Below are positions 14,663 to 28,797 of a stretch of 64,000 bases of DNA, one piece after another. Positions within the stretch are counted from its first letter, which is position 1; each line of letters opens with the position of its first letter. The notes below the pieces were generated by a model. That model was not told where the DNA came from and did not search any database. It saw nothing but the letters and a program-made list of their open reading frames with translations. The translations under genes and the position numbers were made by a program. The DNA is from Eledone cirrhosa (lineage: Eukaryota). The stretch covers positions 49,228,001 to 49,292,000 of the forward strand of contig OZ024751.1 in the NCBI GenBank assembly GCA_964016885.1, in the 5' to 3' direction.

Positions 14663-15926
14663 CTATTTACATACATGTACTATGTACTATTTACATGTAC
14701 TATGTACTATTTATATGTACTATGTACTATTTATATGTACTATGTACTATTTATATGTACTATTCACATACATGTACTATGCACTATTTCTATGTACTAT
14801 TTTCATACATGTACTATGTACTCTTTCTATGTAGTATTCACATACATGTACTATGTACTATTCACATTCATGTACTATTCACATACATGTACTATGAACT
14901 ATTTCTATGTAGTATTCACATACATGTACTATGAACTATTTCTAAGTAGTATTCACATTCATGTATTATGTACTCTTTCTATGTAGTATTCACATACATG
15001 TACTATGTACTATTTATATGTACTATGTACTATTTATATGTACTATTCACATTCATGTACTAGGTACTATTTATATGTAGTATTCACATACATGTACTAG
15101 GTACTATTTATATGTACTATGTACTATTTATATGTACTATTCACATACATGTACTAGGTACTATTTATATGTAGTATTCACATACATGTACTAGGTACTA
15201 TTTATATGTACTATTCACATACATGTACTATGTACTATTTCTATGTAGTATTCACATATATGTACTATGTACTATTTCTATGTAATATTCACAATCATGT
15301 ACTATGTACTATTTCTATGTAGTATTCACATATATGTACTATATACTATTTATATGTACTATTCACATACATGTACTATATACTATTTCTATGTACTATT
15401 CACATCCATGTACTATGTACTATTTCTATGTAGTATTCACATACATGTACTATATACTATTTCTATGTACTATTCACATCCATGTACTATCTACTATTTC
15501 TATGTAGTATTCACATACATGTACTATATACTATTTATATGTACTATTCACATACATGTACTATGTACTATTTCTATGTAGTATTCACATCCATGTACTA
15601 TGTACTATTTCTATGTAGTATTCACATACATGTACTATATACTATTTATATGTACTATTCACATACATGTACTATGTACTATTTCTATGTAGTATTCACA
15701 TACATGTACTATGTACTATTTATATGTACTATTCACATACATGTACTATATACCATTTCTATGTACTATTCACATCCATGTACTATGTACTATTTCTATG
15801 TACTATTCACATACATGTATATGTACTATTTCTATGTACTATTCACATACATGTACTATCTACTATTTCTATGTAGTATTCACATCCATGTACTATGTAC
15901 TATTTCTATGTACTATTCACATACAT
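14663..15926. repeat. 37-bp minisatellite built from TATGTAC heptamers
   Basis: Unit TATTCACATACATGTACTATGTACTATTTCTATGTAG. TATTCAC recurs at 15545 and 15582 (37 bp apart). Confidence 0.93.
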
Positions 15927-16410
15927 TCTAAATACACCGTGATAGTATTTGAACAAGCAAAGTAATTGAAACAATTCTGCTAATTTAAACTTAATCATTG
16001 ATGACAAATGATGGTTTGTTTGGTTTTCAAATGGTTTTCTCTCTCTGGGATACTGAATACTACTTCGATAGTTTCGAAGAAAAGACACGTCAAAGAATAA
16101 TGAGAAATCTTCTAAGTAGTCAACCAATATAGCAAGGAAATGTTGCGTGTTGATTTAACTATTTATATTGCAGCTGAGAATTGAACTTCTAATGCTATTA
16201 CAGCTACTGGCAGCGTACTTCTACTTGTGCAATAGTGTCTATGAGTTCTTGATGATAAATATATTCAAAGAAAATGCATTCAAGAAACTAAAGTATGCGC
16301 AACTAAATTACCTAGTGAGGTGCATTTGTTTCGGCCAATATATATATATAGATAGATTCATCCGCACACAGACACACGTACACACGTTCATACATGGTAG
16401 CATACATACG

Positions 16411-16460
<50 letters not shown>

Positions 16461-16513
16461 TTCATCCGCACACAGACACACGTACACACGTTCATACATG
16501 GTAGCATACATAC

Positions 16514-16549
<36 letters not shown>

Positions 16550-16781
16550 GTAAGTATGTATGTATACGTACATACATATATGTATACAGACGTACAGTAG
16601 CATGTATATATATATATATATATATATACATACAGGCACACATATATATATGCACGTATCAGTTTACCGAACATTTATTATAATGTTCGCTTTGTTCGGT
16701 TGTAAACAAACGAACAGCCTGATTTACGCCGTACAGTGTTTAGGCAACCACGTCACCTTTTTGCTCAACACTGACACAGGA

Positions 16782-16824
16782 ACGATGTACTAGTTTCAAG
16801 CTTGTTAGCTATCATCAGCACCGT
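16782..16824 (-). ncRNA. Type I hammerhead ribozyme motif
   Basis: Minus strand: ACGGTG CTGATGA T AGCT aaca AGCT T GAAAC TA GTA CATCGT. Confidence 0.8.
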
Positions 16825-17123
16825 TTACCCATCTGCCAGATAGTTGAACGTTCGAAAGTATATGCTTTCCTTATGAAAATTAACGGCTGAGCAGCCTAAT
16901 TTGCATATCGAGTGAGTTCAGTCGGCCAGGCGCACCGAAAACATTTAAGTAAGTGCCGTACTAAGAGTGAGAAATGAAATTTCGTTTCATTCTATTCCAT
17001 TTATCGTTTTCGGTGCGCCTGGCCGACTGAACTCACTCGATATGCAAATTAGGCTGCTCAGCCGTTAATTTTCATAAGGAAAGCATATACTTTCGGACGT
17101 TAAACCATCTGGCAGAAAGGTAT

Positions 17124-17166
17124 ACGGTGCTGACGATAGCTAACAAGCTTGAAACTAGTACATCGT
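17124..17166 (+). ncRNA. Type I hammerhead ribozyme motif
   Basis: ACGGTG CTGACGA T AGCT aaca AGCT T GAAAC TA GTA CATCGT. Stem I is 6 bp, the site is GUA, and there is a U-U pair at the base of stem II. Confidence 0.8.
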
Positions 17167-17453
17167 TCCTGTGTCAGTGTTGAATAAAAAGGAGACGTGG
17201 TTGCCTAAACACTGTACGGCGTAAATCAGGCTGTTCGTTTGTTTACAAACGAACAAAGCGAACATTATAATAAATGTTCGGTAAACTGATACGTGCATAT
17301 ATATATGTGTGCCTGTATGTATATATATATATATATATATATATAATCATGCTACTGTACGTCTGTATACATATATGTATGTACGTATACATACATACTT
17401 ACATTTAAGTAAGTGCCGTACTAAGAGTGAGAAATGAAATTTCGTTTCATTCT

Positions 17454-17496
<43 letters not shown>

Positions 17497-17498
<2 letters not shown>

Positions 17499-17684
17499 CG
17501 AAGGAAATGTGGTAATGAACCAGATGGACCATAACGCACCAAAGTACTCAATACTTAGGGTAGTAGAGTGGGTAATAGGAACGAGTAGGACCCCGACGGC
17601 TGAGCTCAAGCCGTTTCGACGGCTAATTCTGCTAGAATTAGCCGTCGAAACGGCTTGAGCTCAGCCGTCGGGGTCGTACTCGTT

Positions 17685-17688
<4 letters not shown>
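17497..17688 (-). mobile_element. Short hairpin-plus-tail element (half-hammerhead family), copy 1
   Basis: Hairpin 17576-17688 plus an ~80-bp tail. Each arm reads GAAAC GGCTTGAGCTCAGCC GTC GGGGTC. It has (TA)n on both sides and homologues at 27783, 41724 and 45994. Confidence 0.85.
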
Positions 17689-17727
<39 letters not shown>

Positions 17728-17738
17728 TTATACACACA

Positions 17739-17770
<32 letters not shown>

Positions 17771-19199
17771 TATATACTTACATATATGTGTGTGTGGGAG
17801 GGGTGTACTTAATATGATTGGTCAATATTTGCTTTGATTTATAATGTGGCTTCTAATTGATACTAATACATGCTAGAACGAGTGAAAAGCCATATTTCAA
17901 AAACTAATACCTCTGGGGAAGATTTATTCAACATTGATAGTAATAATTCTCCCAAACGTCAAATACTTTATATCAAAATCAAAGAAAACTAATATTTGCT
18001 AAATGCAGACATTTCGTTAGGTTTCGTTTTTGTTTCTTTTGTTTCTATTTTTTTTTTGTTTGTTTGTTTGTTTGTTTCTTCCATCGAAATACGTTTTACT
18101 AAATCCTTTCATGGAATGATTTCACGGAATATTCAAACATATTAGTGTCATTAGAAACATAATAGTTTGCCATAACACGTCAGTTTTTTAGTGCACATTT
18201 AACTATTGAGATGGTGTGTACTACTAATAACGAAGCTATGATGTTATGACTTCAATCGAAATATTTATACTCGAGGGGTAAAATTCACATTTACTTCCGT
18301 TCATTGATAGCCTTTTATTATATGAAGCTTAGTCACCTTGTACTCAGCAACACAATCTAACATATGTATGTGTAGAACGGGAGTATTATAGTATTAAGTA
18401 TCATGCCAATGAATTAAATTAAGACCTGTGGTTGTTTTAGAATGTATCAATTAGGATATTTGTTTAAGATCATTAACCGAATAACTTCATTCGTTGTCAT
18501 GAAACAAGTTGATATAACAAAAACCTGGGGAGTGGTAATTGACACAGTATCACACATTACATTACTGTTATATATATTATTGTCTTATGTCTTTGAACCC
18601 TTAACTACTTTTAGTCTTAGGGGGACAGTCACCATTTAGCAAATATTAATTTGCTTTGATTTTGATAGTAATTATCTGAGTCTTGGGAGAATAATCTATA
18701 TATTATAGCTCATCCTTCTCCAGATTTGGACACAGCGATTTCTTCTAGGCAAAGAGAAAGTTCGAAAGATAAATACGAAGAAGAATCAAACCCAGTACTT
18801 GACTACTAATAATATTTATAGAAGACGAAATGATGAAAGGCAAAGTTGATCACGACGGGATTTGATCTCAAAGTCCTGATAACCAGAAGAAATAACACAA
18901 AGGATAGACATAGATAAATGTATGAATAGATCTTTATGTTGTACATATATATTACAATAACATCTCACAATAACACCTTCATATTGCTTCTTTTATCTTA
19001 TTGACAGTGGAAGAAAGGAATATGAAATGAACTCCAAAGGAAATTTGATTTCTAATTCGTCACGGTCCTTTTTCTATTAAATAACACAATTGCAACAAAA
19101 ATAACAATCATATTATTCCTGAAAATATTGCAAATATTAGGAACAAAATCAGGATCTCGTCATCTGCCACTCAATCTTCCCTAGAATATCAATATCAAC

Positions 19200-19469
19200 A
19201 CATCACCATCGTTATCATCATCATCATCATCAGCATCATCGTCGTCGTCATCGTCATCATCATCAGCATCAACATCATCATCATCACCATCACCATCATC
19301 ACCACCACCAGCACCACCACCATCACAACAATCACCATCCTCGCCATCATTATCATCAGCATCACCACCACCACCACCACCACCACCACCACAACTCCCC
19401 GCACCACCACCACCATCATCATCATCATCGCCGTCATCATCATCATCATCATCATCACAGATCATCATC

Positions 19470-19503
<34 letters not shown>

Positions 19504-19625
19504 TCATCATCCTCATCATGACCATCATCATCCTCACCATCACCATCATCATCATCATCAGCAGCAGCAGCAGCATCATCACAGATACATCAACAACAAC
19601 AACAACAACGACCATAACGAGCATC
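19200..19625. repeat. Compound (CAT)/(CAC)/(CAG) microsatellite
   Basis: Directly visible. Confidence 0.95.
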
Positions 19626-19730
19626 ATATATAAAGTTCGACCCTCATATTAATAACATTGTCGAGATTCTTCTTTTCATCATTTTACATTTTCAATTTTA
19701 TATTGATTACAAATACATTAGTGATTCAAT

Positions 19731-19771
<41 letters not shown>

Positions 19772-19774
19772 AAT

Positions 19775-19859
<85 letters not shown>

Positions 19860-19896
19860 TAAATATATATAAATATAAATATATATATATATTTAT

Positions 19897-20057
<161 letters not shown>

Positions 20058-20075
20058 TAAATATATATATACATA

Positions 20076-20107
<32 letters not shown>

Positions 20108-20132
20108 AATATATATATATGTATATATATAA

Positions 20133-20208
<76 letters not shown>

Positions 20209-20446
20209 TTATATAAATGGATGTATTTATTTAGAATTTCATTATCTTTTCAATGTTATATATTTATTAGGTTTACAATATTGTTGCAGTGACATTAGAA
20301 AATCGTTGATTTTGTATTTTGATTTTTTTTTTTTTTTTGGTTTCAACCCAAACGACATGAATTGGCCCTTCATAACAAAAGCAACTTTCTAATTTCCTGT
20401 TTGTCTTCCGGATTTCGCACTCCCCCCCTGCTCTCTCTCTCTCACT

Positions 20447-20522
<76 letters not shown>

Positions 20523-20640
20523 CTTCTATTTCTTTCTATCACCATTTCTCTCTCTTTCCCCCCCTCTCTCTCTCTCTCCTGCTATCTAACTGTCGCCTCT
20601 ATATCTTTCTTTCAATCATCGTATCACACTCTATTTCTTT

Positions 20641-20682
<42 letters not shown>

Positions 20683-20896
20683 CACAGTTGCAGAGTATCT
20701 CACACAAAATGACACAAACTCAGCTATACGTACACATGCACACACACCCATAAGCATACAAACACACAAACACACACACAAATACACAGACGCAAAGTAT
20801 CCCACTATTCCTGTAAATTCTGTCTTATCTGTCTATCGACATATTTTTTGTTTCTTTATCTACATATATATATATATGCTCTCCCAAAGTATAACA

Positions 20897-20944
<48 letters not shown>

Positions 20945-21087
20945 CCGCTTGTATGTGTGTATGTGTGTGTGTGTCTTTGTGTATGCTAAGTATACTGATA
21001 TTCGCCACTAACTTCAGGGATTAAATGAATATGGATGTCACCTCTCTTACGGCACAAATGCATACACACACAGACCTCACACACACG

Positions 21088-21166
<79 letters not shown>

Positions 21167-21375
21167 ACATATATATATATATATACATATAAACGCACTC
21201 CCATTGGCAATACACCCAGTCACACCAATGTATGAGAAGCTCTCTTCATTGTCCGACTTTGCACTTGAATTTTGCATTTACCAACGCAATACAGATATTC
21301 TATTTTCAGATGTATTTATGAACCACTATAAACTGTAATTACACACCTACTTTATCCTCTTACTATTTATCACTC

Positions 21376-21546
21376 AACAGCATAGAGTTACGGCCCTTTA
21401 TAATCTGAGTTCAAATCCCGCCCATGTTAACTTTGCCTTTCAACCTTACGAGGTCGATAAAATAAAGTACCAGTCACGCACTGGGGTCGATTTAATCGAC
21501 TTTCCCCACCCACAAAATTGGTGGCCTTGTGCCTATATAAGAAACC
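21376..21546 (+). mobile_element. tRNA-derived SINE, 5'-truncated, long-tail subtype, 14-bp TSD
   Basis: B box GAGTTCAAATCC and central domain present. TSD ACTATTTATCACTC at 21362-21375 and 21547-21560. Confidence 0.92.
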
Positions 21547-21693
21547 ACTATTTATCACTCGTGGCTTTCGACATTCCCCGTTGTCTCCCATTGTTTTTAG
21601 ACACCGATACCAGTTGCTGGGTCTTAGTCTTTCATAACATATCTTGTAGTAGATGGATGATTATTTCTCTCCGCCGAGCCTTATAATCTATAC

Positions 21694-21882
21694 ATTTGTT
21701 TCTACTTTTTGGCACAAGACAGCAATTATCCCAGTGTATTACTGGTACTTTATTTTATCAACCTCGTTAGGCTGAAAGGCAAAGCTAACCTCGGCCGGAT
21801 TTGAACTCAGACCATAAAGGGCCGTAACTCTTTTTTGCAGAGCATGGCGTCCGACCCTCTATCGATACTGCCACTCCACCGC
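21694..21882 (-). mobile_element. tRNA-derived SINE, near full length
   Basis: Collinear with 23959-24143. Confidence 0.9.
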
Positions 21883-22263
21883 TAATCATCTATATATTGT
21901 CTGTATGTGTCTTTTGTCTAACGACAGGAATGCTAGCCACCACATCATTATCCCACTTTATATATATATTATTTTTCTTCTTTTATATCACTGACCGCAT
22001 TGTACACTCAGTTCTCTTGATAAACTACATGTTCGTATATTATTCGTCTTCTCGGTCGGACCTCTCGCTGGTATAATATTTGGTATTGAAACATGAAATG
22101 TATGTTCTTTGTCATCTCTTTGTTTTGGTCGCATGTTCCTTGCTTCATAATCTCTGTAAAATAATTAGCTAGCTTTGTATTTTGTCTGTCGGTGCAGTGG
22201 AGACTCGGGTTTACCTCCGGTATCAGTAGCTAATGAACGGGAATTTGTCCTGTGTTCCATTTG

Positions 22264-22322
<59 letters not shown>

Positions 22323-22450
22323 AAAGTTTTATTTAAAATTGTTGGGTTACAACAAGTAAATATTTTATAACCGATATAAAGCACTCGACAAGTTTTTGGA
22401 GTAGATATACGATATTAAACAAATGGAAACTATATTTATAAAACCATATT

Positions 22451-22516
22451 TATTTCATTATACGTATTTCAGGGATACCATATTAAAAATATGGCATGCC
22501 TTCGTCAGATAAAATA
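22451..22516 (-). ncRNA. Type I hammerhead ribozyme motif
   Basis: Minus strand: TATTTTAT CTGACGA AGG-C-ATGCCATATT ttt AATATGGTAT-C-CCT GAAA TACGTA TA ATGAAATA. Stem III is the palindrome TACGTA. Confidence 0.87.
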
Positions 22517-22632
22517 CAATATATAAACAGTTTTATAAATAATTTTGACGTACCATAAATATAAGCGACCATCTTAATGGTCGCTTATATTTATGGTACG
22601 TCAAAATTATTTATAAAACTGTTTATATATTG

Positions 22633-22698
22633 TATTTTATCTGACGAAGGCATGCCATATTTTTAATATGGTATCCCTGAAATATGTATAATGAAATA
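22633..22698 (+). ncRNA. Type I hammerhead ribozyme motif
   Basis: Mirror copy of 22451-22516 with TATGTA in stem III. Stem I is 8 bp and stem II is 13 bp. Confidence 0.83.
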
Positions 22699-22719
22699 AA
22701 TATGGTTTTATAAATACAG

Positions 22720-22873
<154 letters not shown>

Positions 22874-23958
22874 TAGATAAGGTTCTGTTTATGTATATCA
22901 ATTCCTACTTTACTTATTTTTGCCGAAGTCTATATTTTTCTCGGTGCAATATCTGCGTATGCATAAATATATATATTTGTGTATATATGCGTGTTTGTGC
23001 AATCACATGCTTATATATGTAACATATGCAATTCGTCGCCTACCTTTGCTAGTTTACTCATCATTAAATATAATTCAAGCAGTATCTCTCTCTATTTTCC
23101 ATGTTTTCGCATTTCTATTGCTTCTTTCTCTCCTTCTTAAGTTTCCCTCTTCGTTTTTTTCTGCCACCACTTCCGCCTCTGTCAGTTCATTCTTCATCTC
23201 TGTTTCGAGGCTTCAACCGACGTTCAGTGCTGTTATCATACATAAACACATACAAACATAGCCGATAATAATCTCACACTGATCAACACAAACACACTCA
23301 TAAACATTAGCACACCGTCATAGCCACAATGCCACCCGATGTGCTGTACATTTGTTAATGTGTGGTTTATTATGAACACCAACACAAGACACGTTATTCT
23401 CTCTGGAACCTCTATTCGATGGAAATTTAAATAAAACTTTCAAAGCCGAACGTTCTGTGAATGAGTTTAAGTATTGATTGTCTGTAGAAAATAAAAATAA
23501 AGAAACCCCAAACAGTGCTGTCTATAACAGCAATACGAGTGTATTTTCTGTGCTTCTATTGCCAGCAAGTTTTGTAGCTATCTGGTGAAGAAGTCCATGA
23601 TAGAAAATATAACTGAGATCTCTGTTTGCGTTTTATCAAACACGTTTTTGTTGAACATCTCATAAAATTGGCTGTTCTGGTTATTGTTTAGATTCGATGA
23701 AATAATTTTCGAATTCGTTTGAGTTTAAACGTATAACACAAGCATATTATGGTTCATATATCCCAGAAGAGTTATTCCCATCGAATTAGTGGTTAATCAC
23801 CAATCTGCTTTAGGTAATTCACAACCAATATATCCAATACAAGCAACACATCTAACATCAACACCATCTATACAACCTATTTACAAGTCAGCCTATACTA
23901 ACTTACCGGTTAATAAGAAGGCCAATAGTTTAAACCTCTAAAGCACATACATATTAAT

Positions 23959-24143
23959 TGTTTCTACTTTAGGCACAAGGCCAGCAAATTACCCAGTGCA
24001 TTACTGGTACTTTATTTTATCGACCCCGTAAGGATGAAAGGCAAAGTCAACCTCGGCGGGATTTGAACTCAGATCGTAAAGGGACGTAACTATGCTGGAA
24101 AACATGGCGTCCGACCTTCTACCGATACTGCCAATCCACCGCC
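23959..24143 (-). mobile_element. tRNA-derived SINE, full length, 15-bp TSD
   Basis: A box TGGCAGTATCGG and B box GAGTTCAAATCC on the minus strand. TSD CACATACATATTAAT at 23944-23958 and 24144-24158. Confidence 0.94.
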
Positions 24144-24400
24144 CACATACATATTAATAGAGCATGGTTAGAGTTGAAGGTTCACGCGATTAGGCAGACA
24201 AACACACACACGTACCCATATATATATATATATATATAAAATTTCAGGTTATCAATAATGTAGTGATAATATATCGTTACGTTAGAGATGAACAGCGTAC
24301 GTGTAGGTTTGCTCAACGAGTATAAATTATATTCCGGAGAAAATGTAGAAAAGATGAATATAAAATGAAAGTGCTTTTTTTGAAAAGGAATTTATTAGGT

Positions 24401-24515
24401 ATTGACATATGTTTCTGTAACAGACGGAATACCTATGTATCGCTGCTTGCGTAATCATATAATGTTAGCAAGTATTCGATAGCAAATGTATAATCAGTTG
24501 TCACTTCTTCAGAGA
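24401..24515 (-). ncRNA. Hammerhead-like motif with ~80-nt insertion in loop II
   Basis: Minus strand: CTGAAGA A GTGACA ...(long)... TGTTAC A GAAAC ATAT GTC. Stem I pairs poorly. Confidence 0.5.
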
Positions 24516-24996
24516 TTTTGGATAAATTGGATAAAATCAGAAAAATTGAAGTATTTATATTAGTAATAGAGGAAGAAGAGAGGGGGTAGTATATGACAGA
24601 TGGTAATTCAATTTACTGCTAAACAAGTATATAAAGGGTTTCTAATGAGAATACCATGAGTAAATGGTTCATTTTATCTAAATAAGAATTTGGGGAGTGC
24701 CAATTTTAATCTCTACTTGACCAATTGGACAGTGGACAGGGCTGGTCATTTGGTGTAGTACTATTAATTATAAAGTGTCAATTGGGGAAGGGGGAGATTT
24801 CGATTGCTGCTGAATAACATCAATGCTATTAGCCAGCTGGTATATGCATTAGGGAATTGAATTAAGAAATCAGAAATCTCATTTTATCTATAGCAGTTTA
24901 TATTAAATGGTAAATAATAGAAGAGTTGATAGAATTAAGACTAATACAGAATGTTAATATCTATTTGTACAATCAAACGGAGATAGAGACAGGCGT

Positions 24997-27289
24997 TCAA
25001 TCCTGGTAGTATTTATAATATGAAAATGTAGATTTTAAGCGATGGTTACAGTATAACGATCGCTCTATTCTGTTATTTAATAAAATGTTTTTGGATTTCA
25101 TAATACAAAATAATTCCACATTACATAATTTACAAAATTCCTGTCCGTGAGATATGACGGGGCAGCCACTATTATATCCCATTTTAGGTGAAAGTGTTGT
25201 TTATTTTCACGCAGCTGCCAAGCCTTGTCTGCGAGTGTTGTTACATAACGCTGGTTTTCATGTTTTATCGAGTAACGATGTCTATAAAGGCGTGATTTGA
25301 AGGAGGTGGCTGTAGATCCCACATAGTACCACTTCTGTCTATCCGATTCGATAGTACATTTGTATACGATGTTGCGTTCAAGACACTGATTGTTCAACGG
25401 ACACATTCCTGGTTGGACACAGTTGCAATTATAATTTTGCGTTGTTGTATTTTCATGGATGGGTTGATGAGGTTGCTTAGGTAGGACAGGATGTTGTTTG
25501 TTGTTTTGTGATGTTATAGCTAATGTTTTACGTGTATTGTTATGTGTTGGAAGGCGTTTATACAACCGTTTTGCGTTAAGCTTTTTTATATGTTGTTCAA
25601 TATTAGGGGCGGTTGAATATGAAAGTCGAATAGTGTTAGGGTTTAAGATTTTATTATATTTATGTGATGTTGGAAAGTGTTTTTTAACTAATCGAAAGAA
25701 TTGTGAGGGTAGATTGGTTTTAATAGAGTTGTTATATACCGGGTTGTACCAAATATACTCTTTACATCGCCTTCTGTTTGGTGGTGTGCGACTATTATTC
25801 TGTCTATTGCGGTAGTGTATGTATGGTGGTGATTATGTGCTATTTCTACTCATATGGGATTTATTTTGGGTGTTTTGGTGATCTTCGACTATATACTCTA
25901 TATTATCTAGGTGTCCGGCTTTCCTAAGTGCATCATCATAATATTCGGCATGTTCTTTGAAGGTTTGTTGGTTGGACGACAGGCGGGAGATTCTAAGAGA
26001 AACATTTCTAGGGATGGATTTAATTATAGAGAGTGGATGGTTAGAACTCGTATTTACATATTTAAGGTTCTCATTTAGTTTATGGAACGGTTTAATCGTA
26101 TCTGTATTGAGATTCAAAGTAACGTCAAGGAAATTGACCTCTTTGAGGTTATATTCAAATGTAATATTTAATCCTAGTTCCTTAAAAAGCTTTCTGATAT
26201 TTTTACGCATCCTTTCTAAATTCTGGTTATTCATATGCTTAACTAATAGGAGCGCATCATCACGGTAGATTCCACCGTGGAGATCCTTGAATTTTCCTTG
26301 TAGTCTGTGGGTGATATAAATTCCCACAAGATCTGTTACTTCAGCCGAATCATTAGAACCCATAGTAATATCAAAATTAGAAGGTCTATCTTTACGAACC
26401 CAGTAGCTATCATCGAATTTAACTATAGTTTTCCTCGCTTCCATAATAATTTTAATTTCAGCATCCGTAAGGTCGGAATTAGCCTTAGCGAACGAAAGAG
26501 CTTCATGTAGAGTATCAGGTGAAATTGAGGAATAATATTCATCAATATCAAACTGAATAAATTTTGATTTTTTCTTATCAGTAATGTTATTAAACCATCT
26601 TATTGCTTCATGAGTGTTACCCCATAGTTTAATTTCTACTTTAACCTTAACTTGGGGGATAATTCTGTCTAGTATATATTTGCTAATTTTGCCTATATCA
26701 GATTTAGAGGGGCATATAAGTCTAATCTTAGGGTTAGTATCGAAGTTTACCTTGTGGTCCTTCAGGTTGAAGGATGGTATAGCTGGTGTTAAGGGTTGCG
26801 TTCTATCGTCAATACAAAGTTTTTTAACAATTTCACATGCCGAGTTTTAAGTGTAGCTTCATTAGTTTTCTTGTATTTTTTATGCAATTCCTTACAGATG
26901 AAGTTATTGTAAGTGTCCACATCCATGGTGTATACGTTTGACGTTTTGTCTGCTCTAACTATAATTCCATTGGCGTTTTTTAGATTATTGAGCAGTGCCG
27001 TGATGTCATTCTGTAGTTTATTGTTCTTCCGTTTTGTAAATTTGATCTCCATGATCATATCCATTAAGTCTTGTTCAGATGCATCCAAAAGTGGGTTTGA
27101 GGGTGGGTTTTTGTAAGATTTAAATCGAAATTTATCCTTGTTAAGATCCGATGTTTGGTTTATACGGCATTTGTCAAATTGGAATGTTTTCCATCTGATT
27201 CGTCGAATAAAATCATTGGTCCTTCGTATCATACCTAGAATATATTCCCTTTTTGCCTGAATAGGTACGTTTTTTAACGACATATCCAA
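24997..27289 (-). pseudogene. PLE polyprotein with two frameshifts and one nonsense codon
   Basis: Motifs SLKNVP..RRIRWKTF, ADKT, KDHK, FDIDEYY, MGS, YRDD, FLDVTL, SNHP, CNC.....CPL...CL, IVY...YYVGST...RLYRH and CKLC...LLN.R.E...CNH. Frameshifts are near 26845 and 25150, with an in-frame TAA at 25833-25835. Confidence 0.92.
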
Positions 27290-27543
27290 GAAGTGACAAC
27301 TGATTATACATTTGCTATCGAATACTTGCTAACATTATATGATTACGCAAGCAGCGATACATAGGTATTCCGTCTGTTACAGAAACATATGTCAATACCG
27401 AATAAATTCCTTTTCAAAAAAAGCACTTTCATTTTATATTCATATTTTCTATATATATACATATATATATAAGGGTATCCCGGGTTCAATCGGGGGTAAC
27501 AACAGTGAGTGAAGTACGCAATACAAAGCAGAGTATATATATT

Positions 27544-27683
27544 TAATATAGAAAAGGCTTCTACAGGACTAGAACTACGACCAGAAAAGATATAAATGCT
27601 ACCTTATTACTTGGACTGTCGGCTACCTGATAATTTCTCCCGAATAAAACAGTTATAGTCCTGGAGAAGCCTTTTCTATATTA
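27544..27683. mobile_element. Small element with ~28-bp inverted arms and a decayed hammerhead-like core
   Basis: taatatagaaaaggcttctacaggacta / tagtcctggagaagccttttctatatta. It is related to 9131-9211 and 10826-10907, which read CTGATGA TTTC cttc GAAT GAAAC on the minus strand. Confidence 0.6.
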
Positions 27684-27782
27684 TATATATATACATATAT
27701 GGCTGTGCATGTGTATGTATATTTCTATGTATATATGTAGATCTGCGTACGTATACATGTTTATATATATATATATATATAT

Positions 27783-27954
27783 AACGAAGGAAATGTGGTA
27801 AGGAACCAGGTGGACCATAACGCACCAAAGTACTCAATACTTAGGGTAGTAGAGTGGGTAATAGGAACCAGTGAGACCCCGACGGCTGAGATCAAGCCGT
27901 TTCGACGGCTAATTCGTCGAAACGGCTTGAGCTCAGCCGTCGGGGTCTTACTGG

Positions 27955-27957
<3 letters not shown>
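27783..27957 (-). mobile_element. Half-hammerhead hairpin family, copy 2
   Basis: Highly similar to 17497-17688. Hairpin 27865-27957 with (TA)n flanks. Confidence 0.85.
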
Positions 27958-27991
<34 letters not shown>

Positions 27992-28084
27992 GTATATGTA
28001 ATATATATATGTGTGTATATATGTATATATATGTATATATAAATATATATATAAATGTATATATATATTAATGTATATATATAC

Positions 28085-28122
<38 letters not shown>

Positions 28123-28688
28123 ATGTTGATTCCTCTTCTCATTCTCTATATATCCTCTATATCTATTTCATTTCATCATTAATTTCTTGCATTCATTGTG
28201 CTGGCCTGCTCCGTTTGTTGTTTCTGTATCTTTTTTACACACACACACACACACATATATATATACACACACACACAGGCACACACATACACGGACACAC
28301 CCCACACACATACACACACAGACACACAGACACACAGACAGACACACACATACGCACGTATACGTTTGTGTGTAAATGTTTTTCTTTGGCGCTTTTCAAT
28401 ATTCGATATACGAACTAATGTTATATAAGGTATTGGGAGAAGAACAATGGATAGTGAGATAACAGTTCTAATAGAACGTATAATAAGGTGTTAAATTAGA
28501 TTGTGGATAATAGTATTTTATACAATGACTTCATAGGTATTTGTATCAAGATAGATATGATTATGTTTTATTTAGCCTATTAATATACATACATTCATAT
28601 TTATACACATACACACAAACACACATATACATACATATATATATATATATTCATTCAAACCTATACACACGCACATTTATATATATAT

Positions 28689-28797
<109 letters not shown>

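Larger units (their letters stand above)
16548..17457 (+). mobile_element. Fold-back PLE/retrozyme-like element with A-S-A'-S layout
   Basis: Arms 16548-16942 and 17006-17404 are inverted. A 57-bp direct repeat lies at 16941-16997 and 17401-17457. There is a hammerhead in each arm and (TA)n flanks. Confidence 0.85.
24346..27451 (-). mobile_element. Penelope-like retroelement (RT + C-terminal GIY-YIG) with 164-bp inverted terminal pLTR segments
   Basis: 24346-24509 is the reverse complement of 27288-27451. The RT/EN ORF lies between them, and TA runs are nearby on both sides. Confidence 0.92.

Noticed and set aside
16351-16518. ~65-bp direct duplication between TA runs
   Set aside because: Ordinary microsatellite-associated slippage duplication with no further structure.
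23959-24143. tRNA gene
   Set aside because: A and B boxes are present, but there is no cloverleaf, and it is multicopy with a tail and TSD, so it is a SINE.
24997-27289. Selenoprotein-type (Naiad) PLE with recoded UGA
   Set aside because: The endonuclease is C-terminal and the only in-frame stop found is TAA; the other breaks are frameshifts.
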